A DNA stretch of 64,000 bases from Chitinivibrionales bacterium (GTDB lineage Bacteria > Fibrobacterota > Chitinivibrionia > Chitinivibrionales > WJKA01): assembly GCA_038247415.1 (NCBI GenBank), contig JBBRUX010000014.1:12758-76757 (forward strand), given 5' to 3'. How positions within the stretch are numbered: the stretch's first letter is position 1; each line of letters begins with the position of its first letter. Made by a program: the position numbers and the translations under genes. Under the pieces are notes generated by a model that did no database searches, had not been told where the DNA came from, and worked only from the letters and a program-made list of their open reading frames with translations. Shown in pieces: positions 9,915-20,912 of the stretch.

Positions 9915-11907
9915 TCGTACCTACCTTGTCACTCAGGCATTGCCTTATGCAAATGGCGATATTCACCTGGGTCATTTGGTTGAGGCGGTACAAACAGATA
10001 TCTTTGTTCGCTACCATCGAATGGCAGGCGATCGTGTCTTGTTTCCGGGTGCCGATGATACCCATGGCACACCTATCGAACTTTCTGCGCTACGCAAGAA
10101 TATAACCCCCGAAGCGCTTATTGCGGCTGCATGGGATAGTCATGTTGCAGATTACAAAGGGTTTTCGATAGATTTTGATATTTTTTATACCACTAATTCC
10201 CCCGAGAACAAGCACTATGCCGAGAGTATCTTCGCAAGTTTACAAAAGAATAATTTAATTGTTGAAAAAGAAATAAGTCAATTTTATTGTGAGCACGATA
10301 AGCGATTTCTTCCCGATCGGTTTGTTGTGGGGACATGCCCAAAATGCAGCGCTCGTGATCAGTATGGTGATGTATGCGAAGCGTGCGGAACAACCTACGA
10401 GCCGGCAGACCTTTCCGATCCCAAATGCATTATTTGCAAAAACCCGCCAATCCAAAAAACATCCAAGCATTTTTTTGTTGAACTTGGCAAAAAAGAAGAA
10501 TTTTTAAGGGAGTTTGTGTACGATCGTGATGTGTTGCGAACAGACATGAAAAATTTCGTGGGCAACTGGATCACACAAGGACTGCGTCAATGGTGCATAT
10601 CGCGCGATGGCCCGTACTTTGGCTTTCTCATTCCCGGCACCACCGATAAATACTTTTATGTATGGCTCGATGCTCCAATCGGATACCTTTCGTCAACAGA
10701 AAAATGGTGTGCCGATCACAACGAGGATATCGACACCTTTTGGGGAAAGGAGTCCCAAACTCAGATTGTACATTTTATTGGTAAAGATATTGTTTATTTC
10801 CATGCGCTTTTTTGGCCTGTTATGCTCGAGGCTGCCAATAAGAAACTCCCCAATAAAATTAACGTGCACGGATTCCTTACTGTCAATGGTGAGAAAATGT
10901 CCAAAACGCGGGGCACATTTGTTTTGGCCAAAGATTATCGTGCCAAAATTAATCACCCTCAGGCGGCAGAGTATTTGCGTTTCTTTTATGCGAGTAAATT
11001 AGGCGATAGTGCCCAGGACATAGATCTTTCTGCGGATGAATTTGCACTTAAGGTTAATACGATATTGGCAAATACTATTGGCAATCTGCATCATAGAACA
11101 TTTATCTTTTGTGAACGATCGTTCGACTCGTATATTCCCGATGCACCCTGGGATCAAACCATATGCGCCCTTGTAGAAAAAACCGCCCATGAAATTATTG
11201 CAGCGTATGAAGCTATCGAATACAAAACCGTTGTAGAAAAAATACAGTATCTTGGTTCTATCGGTAATAAATACTACCAGGATAACGCTCCGTGGGAATC
11301 TGTTAAAACAGATCCTTCTCGCGCTGCCGCTGTTATGGTAACGTGCGCTAATCTTGTCAAGGCACTAGTTGTATTTCTTAAGCCAATCACGCCGGCCCTT
11401 GCAGCGGTTGTCGAAAAGCAGCTGGGCCTCACTTTTACGCTTCAGGATTATGCGTTTTCGTTACGTAATGTAAAGGTTGCGCCTGCCCAAAAATTGGCAA
11501 CCCCCATTGAAGCAGCGCTGCTTAAGGAACTTTTTGTTCCTCCGACGAGCGTGGATCAACCAGCCATCGTGCCAATAAAGCCAACTATCCCCTTTGATGT
11601 GTTTGGTTCTGTCGATTTACGCTTGGGGACTGTGGTTCAAGCAGAGCGTATCAAGAAATCCGATAAGCTCCTTAAGCTAATGGTTGATTTAGGAGAAATA
11701 ACTCCACGGCAGATTGTTGCAGGACTCGGAAAACACTTCAAACCAGAGGCACTTTTAGGACGCCAGGTTGTTGTGGCTGCAAATCTGGCTCCGGCAAAAC
11801 TCATGGGCGAAGTAAGTAATGGCATGGTTTTAGCAGTCAAAGAGGGCGAAAAACTAACCCTGCTTGGTGTGGGTGAATCCCTTTCAAATGGATGTGTAGT
11901 TTCGTGA
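9895..11907 (+). CDS. metG: Methionine--tRNA ligase with C-terminal tRNA-binding domain
   Basis: ALPYANGDIHLGH, zinc knuckles, YVWLDAPIGY, KMSKT, C-terminal OB fold (ANLAPAKLMGEVSNGM). Confidence 0.97.
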   Translation: MQKKQNSRTYLVTQALPYANGDIHLGHLVEAVQTDIFVRYHRMAGDRVLFPGADDTHGTPIELSALRKNITPEALIAAAWDSHVADYKGFSIDFDIFYTTNSPENKHYAESIFASLQKNNLIVEKEISQFYCEHDKRFLPDRFVVGTCPKCSARDQYGDVCEACGTTYEPADLSDPKCIICKNPPIQKTSKHFFVELGKKEEFLREFVYDRDVLRTDMKNFVGNWITQGLRQWCISRDGPYFGFLIPGTTDKYFYVWLDAPIGYLSSTEKWCADHNEDIDTFWGKESQTQIVHFIGKDIVYFHALFWPVMLEAANKKLPNKINVHGFLTVNGEKMSKTRGTFVLAKDYRAKINHPQAAEYLRFFYASKLGDSAQDIDLSADEFALKVNTILANTIGNLHHRTFIFCERSFDSYIPDAPWDQTICALVEKTAHEIIAAYEAIEYKTVVEKIQYLGSIGNKYYQDNAPWESVKTDPSRAAAVMVTCANLVKALVVFLKPITPALAAVVEKQLGLTFTLQDYAFSLRNVKVAPAQKLATPIEAALLKELFVPPTSVDQPAIVPIKPTIPFDVFGSVDLRLGTVVQAERIKKSDKLLKLMVDLGEITPRQIVAGLGKHFKPEALLGRQVVVAANLAPAKLMGEVSNGMVLAVKEGEKLTLLGVGESLSNGCVVS

Positions 11908-13619
11908 TTGAATCTTCTATAACACGTGACAGAATCGTATTCCGACCCGTCGATGAAGCGATTGCTGCGCATGTATCCGTTGCACTCTCGGTACCGCTCT
12001 CATTGGGGCGCATCCTTGCTGCTCGCGGATTAACAACATTCGATGAATGTAAACGTTTTTTTCGGGTGACGGCCCAGGCAATGCACGATCCATTTTTGTT
12101 TACTGGAATGGAAGATGCTTGCGTGCGAATCTGGAAGGCGATCGATTCGCTTGAGCCAGTGACAATATATGGAGACTATGATGCAGATGGTGTTACTGCT
12201 ACAGCCTTGCTTTTTCGAGGACTTAAGGCTTTAGGTGCAAACGTTTCATTTTATCTTCCTAACCGGCTTATCGATGGCTATGGACTTAATAGTACCGGCA
12301 TTCATAATGTAGCTCAAACAGGATGTACGCTTATAGTCACGGTAGACTGCGGCATAACCGCAGCTGCAGAGGTTGAGCTTGCGCGGACATTAGGTATAGA
12401 TGTGATCGTAACAGATCATCATGAGCCTCAAGGAGATATCCCCAAGGCAATAGCAGTGCTAGACCACAAGCTCCCAACCTGTAATTACCCAGAGCAGGTG
12501 CTTGCAGGCGTAGGTGTTGCACTCAAGCTCGTTCAAGGGCTTGTGCGTATGCGGAGCAAAAACGATACAATATGGGAATCGCTACTCGACTTGGCCTCAA
12601 TAGGAACCGCAGCAGACATTGTTCCGCTCACCGGAGAAAATAGGGCAATCGCATGTTTAGGATTTGCGCGTTTACGGGAGAGTTCCCACGTTGGCATTCG
12701 CGCGCTCATTACAGAAAAGAAACTTGACGGGAAACCACTTTCTACTTCGCAGGTTGTGTTTCAATTAGCACCCTGCATGAATGCGGTTGGTCGGCTTGGG
12801 GATCCTACTATTGGAGTAGCGCTTTTAATTACCGACGATCAAGCACAGGCATCAGCGTATGCGGCTGAGCTTGTTGCGGCAAATTTTCAAAGGCGCATTA
12901 TCGATGCTCAGGTGCAAAAAGAAGCCTTTGCTTGGATAGAAACAAATGTAAATCTCCAAACGCAATGCGCTATTGTGGCCGGCGATGAAAAATGGCATCC
13001 TGGGGTAATTGGAATTGTTGCGTCTAAAATTATCGAGCGGCATTATCGGCCAACAATCTTATTTGCGCACGGAGCCGATGGCAAAGCCAAAGGCAGTGGT
13101 CGATCGATTGGCGCGGTTCATCTCCTTGAGGCACTGTCTGAATGCGAAGAGTATTTGCTTGGCTTTGGCGGGCATGCCGCCGCAGCGGGAATGACCATCG
13201 AAATCGACAAAATACCACTGTTTCGTGAGGCTTTTATTGCGGCAGTGCAGCGTCGCGTTACCCATGACGATCTTATTCCGCAAACCGTTGTTGACACGGC
13301 GGTATCGCTTCCTGAAATAGATGCTAAATATTATCGAATTATAGACCAGATGGGTCCTTTTGGGCCAAAAAATCGCCGACCAGTTTTTGTATCATATAAC
13401 TGCAGCTTTAAAAATGATGCCCGCATTGTGGGTGAAAATCATCTCAAGTGCAACATCAGCTCAAATGGGCGTTCCTTTGATGCTATTGGCTTTGGATTAG
13501 GCGGACATCTTTCCGATATTCTTAAGAATAAAATGTTTACTGTTGCATTTACACTCGAAGAGAATGAATGGAACGGTCAAACAAAGCTTCAACTTCAGAT
13601 AAAGGGCATTTACCCATGA
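11904..13619 (+). CDS. recJ: Single-stranded DNA exonuclease RecJ
   Basis: IYGDYDADG, TVDCG, VTDHH, GTAADIVPL, GSGRS, FGGHAAAAG; GTGA overlap with the metG stop. Confidence 0.96.
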   Translation: MIESSITRDRIVFRPVDEAIAAHVSVALSVPLSLGRILAARGLTTFDECKRFFRVTAQAMHDPFLFTGMEDACVRIWKAIDSLEPVTIYGDYDADGVTATALLFRGLKALGANVSFYLPNRLIDGYGLNSTGIHNVAQTGCTLIVTVDCGITAAAEVELARTLGIDVIVTDHHEPQGDIPKAIAVLDHKLPTCNYPEQVLAGVGVALKLVQGLVRMRSKNDTIWESLLDLASIGTAADIVPLTGENRAIACLGFARLRESSHVGIRALITEKKLDGKPLSTSQVVFQLAPCMNAVGRLGDPTIGVALLITDDQAQASAYAAELVAANFQRRIIDAQVQKEAFAWIETNVNLQTQCAIVAGDEKWHPGVIGIVASKIIERHYRPTILFAHGADGKAKGSGRSIGAVHLLEALSECEEYLLGFGGHAAAAGMTIEIDKIPLFREAFIAAVQRRVTHDDLIPQTVVDTAVSLPEIDAKYYRIIDQMGPFGPKNRRPVFVSYNCSFKNDARIVGENHLKCNISSNGRSFDAIGFGLGGHLSDILKNKMFTVAFTLEENEWNGQTKLQLQIKGIYP

Positions 13620-14989
13620 AAATGTGGGATGGACGGTTTACCGAATCAACAAGCAAGCTCATGGAGCAGTTTAATAATTCGTTGCCAGTCGATAAAGAAT
13701 TTTTTAAGCAAGATTGTGCCAATAATAGGGCATGGGCTGGGGCATTGTGTAAATGTGAAGTCCTTACCGCCGATGAACTCAAAAAAATCCTCGCAGGGCT
13801 TGATTCAATAGAAGCCGATGCATCCGAAAGCAAACTGGTATTTTTGCCATCCGATGAAGATATTCATATGGCTCTTGAGCGCATACTCATAGAACGCATT
13901 GGCGACGTTGGAGCAAAATTGCATACCGGCCGTTCTCGCAACGATCAGGTTGTAACGGATTTTCGGCTTTATGTTATGGAAGCATGTTCTTCTTTGCAAA
14001 CGTGCATTGGTGCGCTGCAGCGCGCATTGGTACTTCGTGCAACATCCGACGAATCCGTTATCCTTCCTGGGTTTACCCATCTCCAGCAAGCGCAGCCTGT
14101 GTTGCTCTCGCATTATTGGATGTCGTTTTATTCTGCATTAAATCGCGAATGTGATCGTTTTATGCAAACCGCATCACGGGCAGATTATATGCCTTTAGGC
14201 GCTGGTGCAATTGCTGGATGTGGCTTTGAGATAGATCGTCATGCGCTCGCTCAAACGCTTGGGTTTTCTAAGCCAACAGATAATTCTATGGATGCTGTGG
14301 CATCGCGCGATTTTGCTCTCGATTTTTTAAGCTCCTGTGCAAACACTGCCATTGTGCTTTCCCGCTATGCCGAAGACCTTATTATTTGGTCTTCCAAAGA
14401 ATTCTCTTTTGTAACGCTTTCCGATGCTTTTTCAACAGGCTCTTCCATGATGCCGCAGAAAAAGAATCCCGATTCGCTCGAATTGATTCGTGGAAAATGT
14501 GGACGGTTTATTGGAAATTATACCCGTCTCGCAGTTACGCTTAAGGGTGTTGGCTTAACCTACTATAAAGACTTACAAGAAGATAAAGAGCCGGTATTTG
14601 ATAGTTTTAAACAGCTTTCATTGGTTGTGCAGGTGTTTTCGCAGGTTATCGCTACACTCTCTGTAAATCAAGATCGTATGGCCGCGGATATGGATCCGCT
14701 CCTTTTTGCAACCGATGTTGCCGATTACCTTGTTGTTAAAGGTTTACCGTTTAGGCAGGCGCACAAGGTTGTGGGCAAGCTTGTTGGAATGTGTGTTACC
14801 GAAAAGATCGATTTGGGGAGGATTCCACTTGCAAGACTTGTGGAGTTTTCGCCACTTTTTACCGATGATGTGTACGCCCTCTTTTCGGCTGAAGCTGCTC
14901 TTGCGCATAGGGCAGTGTATGGGGGAACAGCCCGTCACAGGGTTCAAGAGCAGATTAAAGCAGCGCAGGCAAAATTAGGCATTGTTTAA
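13616..14989 (+). CDS. argH: Argininosuccinate lyase
   Basis: MWDGRF, LHTGRSRNDQV, PGFTHLQQAQP, GSSMMPQKKNPD; ATGA overlap with recJ. Confidence 0.97.
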   Translation: MKMWDGRFTESTSKLMEQFNNSLPVDKEFFKQDCANNRAWAGALCKCEVLTADELKKILAGLDSIEADASESKLVFLPSDEDIHMALERILIERIGDVGAKLHTGRSRNDQVVTDFRLYVMEACSSLQTCIGALQRALVLRATSDESVILPGFTHLQQAQPVLLSHYWMSFYSALNRECDRFMQTASRADYMPLGAGAIAGCGFEIDRHALAQTLGFSKPTDNSMDAVASRDFALDFLSSCANTAIVLSRYAEDLIIWSSKEFSFVTLSDAFSTGSSMMPQKKNPDSLELIRGKCGRFIGNYTRLAVTLKGVGLTYYKDLQEDKEPVFDSFKQLSLVVQVFSQVIATLSVNQDRMAADMDPLLFATDVADYLVVKGLPFRQAHKVVGKLVGMCVTEKIDLGRIPLARLVEFSPLFTDDVYALFSAEAALAHRAVYGGTARHRVQEQIKAAQAKLGIV

Positions 14990-15084
14990 GAACCCTTATA
15001 AAAAGTGGTAATGAGAAGAGCAAAAATTATTTTAATCGGATGTGTTGAAATTTTCATGCACATTTAGCGTTACTGGAGGATTCT

Positions 15085-16026
15085 ATGGTAAAAAAGATTA
15101 TAGTGGGTTGTGTTATTCTTGCTTCTGCAACAATGGTGTATGCAGGTGGCAAAGCCGATTCTACTATGGGAGAGAATGATCTTGCATGGTCTACCCTTCC
15201 ATCGCCTACAAAAGTCAAGACGTTTGCCGTTGCCGGATCGGTCGTTTATTACGTAAACGAAACCGAGTTTTTAATTGCCGATTCAAAAAAGAAGGGGCTT
15301 ACTCATTTACCTGCGATAGCAACGATCCCTGCCAGTGCTGTTTCGGAAATGGATGCCGATAATAGCGGCAAGATTTTTATTGGGTCGGCGCAAGGTTTGG
15401 GAATTAAGAGCATAAAAGAAGCAACCCTGCTCACGACAAAAGAGGGGCTACCGTCTAATGAAGTTACAAAAGTACATGCAAGCAGATCGGGCGCAGTCTG
15501 GATTGCCACTTCTGCTGGTTTGTGTGTATACCGCAATACCCTTATTACCTCATATGCAACAGTTGGCCCGCAAACAAAACCTATCACAGCGCTTGCCTCC
15601 GATGATCGGGGAACGGTGTATGTTGGTACCAAAAAAGGCCTTTATGTTTTTAATGGAGCAACCTGGTCAAGCCAGAATAGTAACACGGGAATGAGTGATG
15701 ATGCTATTGCTGCCCTTGGTTACGATTACAAAACGCAGTCGTTGTGGGCCGCGGTTGGTGATGCAGATGTCAATAGCTATGATGGGAAATCCTGGCGCAT
15801 ATTTACCAGTGTTAAAAGCGGGATTTCGGGTATTTTTGCCGATGTGCATAGCCGAATCTGGTTTGCTGCGCCTGGTGGCTTAATGCGATACAATGGCGAT
15901 GAGTGGATTACCGATGCTGCACAAATTGGGATTTCGATTCCGGCAGTTTATAAAATTGCTATCGATACACAAGGAAACATGTTCTTTGCAACCGATAAAG
16001 GTGTGATGGAGTTGACGAATCAGTAG
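15085..16026 (+). CDS. Secreted beta-propeller protein (two-component regulator propeller-like repeats)
   Basis: Signal peptide; repeats GLPSNEV..VWIATSAGL, DDRGTVYVGTKKGL, DTQGNMFFATDKGV. Confidence 0.8.
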   Translation: MVKKIIVGCVILASATMVYAGGKADSTMGENDLAWSTLPSPTKVKTFAVAGSVVYYVNETEFLIADSKKKGLTHLPAIATIPASAVSEMDADNSGKIFIGSAQGLGIKSIKEATLLTTKEGLPSNEVTKVHASRSGAVWIATSAGLCVYRNTLITSYATVGPQTKPITALASDDRGTVYVGTKKGLYVFNGATWSSQNSNTGMSDDAIAALGYDYKTQSLWAAVGDADVNSYDGKSWRIFTSVKSGISGIFADVHSRIWFAAPGGLMRYNGDEWITDAAQIGISIPAVYKIAIDTQGNMFFATDKGVMELTNQ

Positions 16027-16099
16027 TTTAATGGTGCGGGTAAACAAACCATAGTATTTAAGCGCGCGGACCCCTATTTTTACAGGAGAAAAGAGTCAG

Positions 16100-17203
16100 A
16101 TGAATACGATCAAGATAGCAGTCGTTGGTATTGGAAATTGTTGCAGTTCGCTTTTGCAGGGAATCGAATATTACAAAGATAAAACACCACAGGATGCAAT
16201 AGGACTCATGCATTGGGATGTGGGCGGATATACCGCATCGGATATTTCTGTGGTTGCAGCGTTTGATATTGATGAGCGTAAAGTTGGCCTCGATGTCAAT
16301 AAGGCTATTTTTGCAAAACCTAATTGTACCGCTGTTTTTTGCGAAAAAATGCCCAATGCAGGTGTAGCGGTTTCTATGGGCAAAGTACTTGATGGTGTTG
16401 CAGAACACATGAGTACCTACGAAGACGATTATACCTTTAAAGTTGCCACGACCCCAGAGCCCGATGCGCAGACCGTTGTAAACGAACTAAAAAAATCGGG
16501 TGCCGAAATGCTGGTTAATTATTTGCCCGTTGGCTCCGAAGAAGCAACGCGCTTTTATGCGCAGTGTGCGCTCGATGCTGGGATTGGTTTTATTAATAAT
16601 ATTCCTGTCTTTATAGCATCCGATCCTGTGTGGGCAAAAAAGTTTGCAGATAAGAAAATTCCCATTATTGGCGACGATATCAAGGCTCAGCTTGGTGCTA
16701 CCATTACCCATCGTACCCTCACCGATCTTTTTAAAAAGCGCGGTGTCAAGCTCGAACGAACGTATCAGCTCAATACTGGCGGTAATACCGACTTTCTTAA
16801 TATGCTTAACAGAAGCCGCCTTGCATCCAAAAAGACCTCCAAAACCGAAGCTGTACAATCGGTTGCTGCCACTCGTTTAGACAATCGCAATATTCATGTA
16901 GGGCCATCGGATTATGTGCCATGGCAAAACGATCAGAAAGTGTGTTTTATCCGTATGGAAGGCAAGCTTTTTGGCGATATTCCCATGAACCTCGAATTGC
17001 GCCTCTCGGTAGAAGATTCGCCAAATTCTGCTGGCGTAGCTATCGATTCAATCAGGTGTATGAAGCTTGCTCTCGATCGTAAAATCGGTGGAGTATTGTA
17101 TTCGCCCGCATCGTATTTTCAAAAGCATCCACCGCGTCAGTATACCGATGAAGAAGCGCGTCTTTTAGTAGAAGATTTTATTGCAGGAAAACGGGATAAC
17201 TAA
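16100..17203 (+). CDS. ino1: Myo-inositol-1-phosphate synthase
   Basis: VGIGNC, NYLPVGS, GDDIKAQLGAT, YQLNTGGNTDFLNM, EDSPNSAG. Confidence 0.95.
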   Translation: MNTIKIAVVGIGNCCSSLLQGIEYYKDKTPQDAIGLMHWDVGGYTASDISVVAAFDIDERKVGLDVNKAIFAKPNCTAVFCEKMPNAGVAVSMGKVLDGVAEHMSTYEDDYTFKVATTPEPDAQTVVNELKKSGAEMLVNYLPVGSEEATRFYAQCALDAGIGFINNIPVFIASDPVWAKKFADKKIPIIGDDIKAQLGATITHRTLTDLFKKRGVKLERTYQLNTGGNTDFLNMLNRSRLASKKTSKTEAVQSVAATRLDNRNIHVGPSDYVPWQNDQKVCFIRMEGKLFGDIPMNLELRLSVEDSPNSAGVAIDSIRCMKLALDRKIGGVLYSPASYFQKHPPRQYTDEEARLLVEDFIAGKRDN

Positions 17204-17235
17204 TTTTTTAACGTGCTTTTGCAAAGGACATTCAT

Positions 17236-18708
17236 GTGAAACGGCACAGTGGCATATTTCTCCATCCAACATCGCTTCCTTCACGCTATGGCGTTGGTGA
17301 TTTTGGTGGCGGCGCATTTGGCTGGATCGATCTTTTGCATGCACGAAAGCAAAGTGCGTGGCAGGTGTGCCCCTTGGGGCCAACGGGGTATGGAGATTCT
17401 CCCTATCAAACGCTGAGCTCGTTTGCAGGTAATACCTTACTTATATCTCCCTCGCGACTTATTGAAGAAGGCCTTCTCGATAGTTCCGATGCTAAAGAAT
17501 ATCCCTTTTTATCAAGTTTTAAAGTTGACTTTGGGGCCGTCATTAGTGCAAAAGAAGCGTTGCTGGATAAAGCGTGCGAGGCATTTATTGATTCCGAAGC
17601 TTTTTTAAATTTTTGCGATGAAGAGAAATTCTGGCTCGAAGATTATTCGCTTTTTAGGGTCCTCAAAGAATTGCATAAAGGGGTATCATGGTTTGAGTGG
17701 AAGGCACCGTATAAATTAAGGTTTCCTGCTGCACTCGAAGATGTAAAGGGCTCGCACCGCAAAACAATACGAAATCATAAAGTAAAGCAATTCTTTTTCT
17801 ATTCGCAATGGGCAAAACTCAAGGCGTATGCCAACGAAAAGGGCATAAAAGTTATTGGTGATGTGCCGTATTATGTCGCAAGCGATAGTGCGGATGCCTG
17901 GTCGATGCCCGATCTTTTCGAGCTCGATGAAGAAGGACGGCAAGTCCGGGTTGGGGGTGTTCCTCCAGACTACTTTTCTGTTACAGGACAACGTTGGGGA
18001 AATCCCATTTATAGATGGGATACCATGCGCGAAAACCGATACCATTGGTGGGTCGGTCGTGTTCGTAAAGCTTTGTCACTCTTTGATACCATTCGCTTCG
18101 ATCATTTTCGTGGGTTCGAATCGTTTTGGGCTATCCCGGCGCAATGCAGCACGGCTATTGAAGGTATATGGGAGCCAGGACCGGGGATCGATTTTTTTGG
18201 CGTTTTAAAAGAAGATCTTGGGGCCTTGCCAGTTATTGCCGAAGATCTTGGCGATATAACGCCGCAGGTTCTCGAATTACGTAAAGCAACAGGTTTTCCT
18301 GGTATAAAGGTTCTGCAATTTGCTTTTGATGGCAATGCAGACAACCCTTATTTGCCCTATAGCGTTTCTCCTAATAGCGTTATGTATACAGGAACGCACG
18401 ATAACAATACTTCTTTGGGATGGTTCCTTAATTTGTCTCCCGTAGAAAAAGATCGCGTTTGTGAATATATCGGCTGTGGAAGTTACGATTTCCTAACGTC
18501 GTTTTTACGGACGGCCTATTCGTCGCCCGCAAACCTTTGTATTGTTCCTTTCCAAGATATTTTGGGGCTTGGAAGTGAGCACCGTCTCAATACCCCTGGT
18601 GTTGAACGAGCAAACTGGCAATGGCGATTTACAATGGATATGGTTACCGAAGATAAACTGAGGCTTTTAGAAGATTTCACGAGAATCTATGGACGTTTGC
18701 CCGGATAG
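17236..18708 (+). CDS. malQ: 4-alpha-glucanotransferase (GH77)
   Basis: HPTSLP, GVPPDYFS, RFDHFRGF, IAEDLG, YTGTHDN. Confidence 0.96.
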   Translation: MKRHSGIFLHPTSLPSRYGVGDFGGGAFGWIDLLHARKQSAWQVCPLGPTGYGDSPYQTLSSFAGNTLLISPSRLIEEGLLDSSDAKEYPFLSSFKVDFGAVISAKEALLDKACEAFIDSEAFLNFCDEEKFWLEDYSLFRVLKELHKGVSWFEWKAPYKLRFPAALEDVKGSHRKTIRNHKVKQFFFYSQWAKLKAYANEKGIKVIGDVPYYVASDSADAWSMPDLFELDEEGRQVRVGGVPPDYFSVTGQRWGNPIYRWDTMRENRYHWWVGRVRKALSLFDTIRFDHFRGFESFWAIPAQCSTAIEGIWEPGPGIDFFGVLKEDLGALPVIAEDLGDITPQVLELRKATGFPGIKVLQFAFDGNADNPYLPYSVSPNSVMYTGTHDNNTSLGWFLNLSPVEKDRVCEYIGCGSYDFLTSFLRTAYSSPANLCIVPFQDILGLGSEHRLNTPGVERANWQWRFTMDMVTEDKLRLLEDFTRIYGRLPG

Positions 18709-18826
18709 TTCCCCCTTTTCACGTTTTAAAAAAAGCAGATCAATTGAAAAGGGGGCCGATTTCCTTAGAAAAGCCTACATTGTATCCCGCCTTCAAGTGT
18801 CTTTTCTTTTGTAAAATAAAAACACT

Positions 18827-19447
18827 TTATTGAACATGCTTATTTGTTTGTCCACCAATTTTGTAAAAACCAGTATGCACTTCAACCGATTCATCGTCGA
18901 GCTTGAGTTCTGCGAGCTGCGCTTCAATTTTTTTAACACTTTCAGAATCGGGATGTTGTGCTCTTAGCAAAGCGCATTCTGTTTGAATAGCGAGAAATCG
19001 AACTTGCAGTGAAGTTGCCAATGCATTGCAATTAGTAGAAAGTTCTTTGAATTCATCTTTTTCACGAAAGCGAAGCTTAGCTGCAATATAGCCTTTTTTG
19101 AGAAGATCGGCCCATTGCTCTAGCTTGTATACAGGTACCGCATATTTACGCGATGCATAAAAACCAATACAGAGAGCAACCAAGAGATTAACCAGAACGC
19201 TCGCAATTAAACTAGGCAGTATAATAAATACAATATTTTCTCGCGGGGGAATATCAAGATTATGGTTGAGGATCACCCTATAAAAAGCCACGCTCTGGAA
19301 TTTAATGAAATAGGTAACAAGCAGTATTGCCGAAGACGTAAGCGTTGCAATCAGCACAGCTACCATAATTTTTATGATAAGCCTGGTTTGCAAAGATTTC
19401 TTAATGAAAAAATTCCCGAGCGGTTTTCTTAAAGCATTTGTTATCAT
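18827..19447 (-). CDS. Two-TM HAMP-domain membrane protein
   Basis: GGAGG RBS; two hydrophobic helices; SRKYAVPVYKL...LRFREKDEFKEL HAMP-like motif. Confidence 0.7.
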   Translation of the reverse strand: MITNALRKPLGNFFIKKSLQTRLIIKIMVAVLIATLTSSAILLVTYFIKFQSVAFYRVILNHNLDIPPRENIVFIILPSLIASVLVNLLVALCIGFYASRKYAVPVYKLEQWADLLKKGYIAAKLRFREKDEFKELSTNCNALATSLQVRFLAIQTECALLRAQHPDSESVKKIEAQLAELKLDDESVEVHTGFYKIGGQTNKHVQ

Positions 19448-19859
19448 CTGTAAGAACCTCCACGATATGGTCTAGGATTACTACTTTTATACAAGCATTG
19501 GTCAATAGTTGTTGCGCTGTATGGTGAAACTATTAAATTACGTTGCTCCTCTCATGGAGCAAAAAGCAGCCCGAATATACTGTCTTGTATAGAAATTTTC
19601 CTGTTTATAATACACATAATAGTATAAATCATGCCATTTAAAGGGGGGACTTAAGAAACGGTTGTTTGATTGCTTGCATTTCTAAATAAAGGCATTAAGT
19701 TAGGACGGCGAAGTGTTCTGTGCTTGGAAAATGCCAGGGCATGAGATTAATTTAAATGCATAGCCAAGTTTAGCTTAGATGCATAAGACACATTGGTCAA
19801 ACAGTACATGCGCTCTATAAAAAGCGTGGAATCATTTTTTTGATAAGGTTTTGCACTTC

Positions 19860-20912
19860 ATGAAGACATTGTTTGGCAGTTTATGCGTCAGTATCTGCTT
19901 GGGCTTCTTGGTGCCTAACTGCGTTTCCAAGGTGGAGCCATCTGATAAACTAATTCGGGAGATTGCCAATGCTGCAGCATTTGTCAATAAACAAAGTCCT
20001 TCGCAGAGTATTGCTGATGGCTCTGGTCTAGGTGCATTTATCGATAGCGCATCAAGGCATTGTGGTAAACTTCTAGAATCTGCGCATTCTATGGATGACA
20101 CTATTTCCTGTCTTGTAGCGTATGTCTACGATTCACTCAACATTGGATTTGATTCGGGCTCAATAGCAATGGCTGCTTATTTTCCCTATGCAACACAGCT
20201 TCGTCACAAAGGGTCATGTGTTGGCGTTACTCTGCTCTGTGTTGCCCTTGGAGAGCGTCTTTGTATCCCGATTGTTGGTGTTGCTGCTCCGGGACACGTT
20301 TTTATGCGTATTGACAATGGAATCGTATCTCATAATCTCGAACCAAATAGACATGGCTATCAGTATACCGATGATGAATATCGAGCTAAATATGCCATCG
20401 CCCCTGGTTCTTGGTATACCTTGAAGGCATTAACAAAAGAAAATCTTGTGGGGATGCTCTGGTATGATATAGGTAACAGTTTCAAAGCAGCGGGGAATCT
20501 TATTGAGGCTATGCAATGCTATACGAAAGCGTATGAACGGTTTCCCGGGTTTGCAGAAGCTCTTGGGAATAATGCCCTGTGCCGGGCAGCATTGGGGGAT
20601 GTTTCGGGTGCGCTTGCGTTACTTGAAAGGGCTGCTCAAAAACGTCCTGATCTTGAGAATATTTATGCAAACTTGGGAACGCTTTATATTTCAAAAGGCG
20701 AAAATCGTAAGGCTTGCAGCGCCTTTGAAGAGGCTTTGCAACGAGATAAAAAGAGCGCATCGCTCTGGTATGGATATGCCCTTTCGCTTTCGGGACAGGA
20801 AATGCGAACCCAGGCGATCAACGCCGTGGATTCTGCTCTTGCTCTCGATTCGAAGTATGCACCGGCAGTCAACCTTAAAAGTCAATTAACATCACATGAA
20901 CAATCTCGATAG
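19860..20912 (+). CDS. Transglutaminase-like (SirB1-type) protein with TPR repeats
   Basis: KGSCVG..PGHVFMR..LE triad-like motifs followed by several TPR helices. Confidence 0.75.
   Translation: MKTLFGSLCVSICLGFLVPNCVSKVEPSDKLIREIANAAAFVNKQSPSQSIADGSGLGAFIDSASRHCGKLLESAHSMDDTISCLVAYVYDSLNIGFDSGSIAMAAYFPYATQLRHKGSCVGVTLLCVALGERLCIPIVGVAAPGHVFMRIDNGIVSHNLEPNRHGYQYTDDEYRAKYAIAPGSWYTLKALTKENLVGMLWYDIGNSFKAAGNLIEAMQCYTKAYERFPGFAEALGNNALCRAALGDVSGALALLERAAQKRPDLENIYANLGTLYISKGENRKACSAFEEALQRDKKSASLWYGYALSLSGQEMRTQAINAVDSALALDSKYAPAVNLKSQLTSHEQSR

Noticed and set aside
19621..19636. Sigma54 promoter on the minus strand (TGGCATGATTTATACT)
   Set aside because: The -12 GC dinucleotide is missing; too weak to call.
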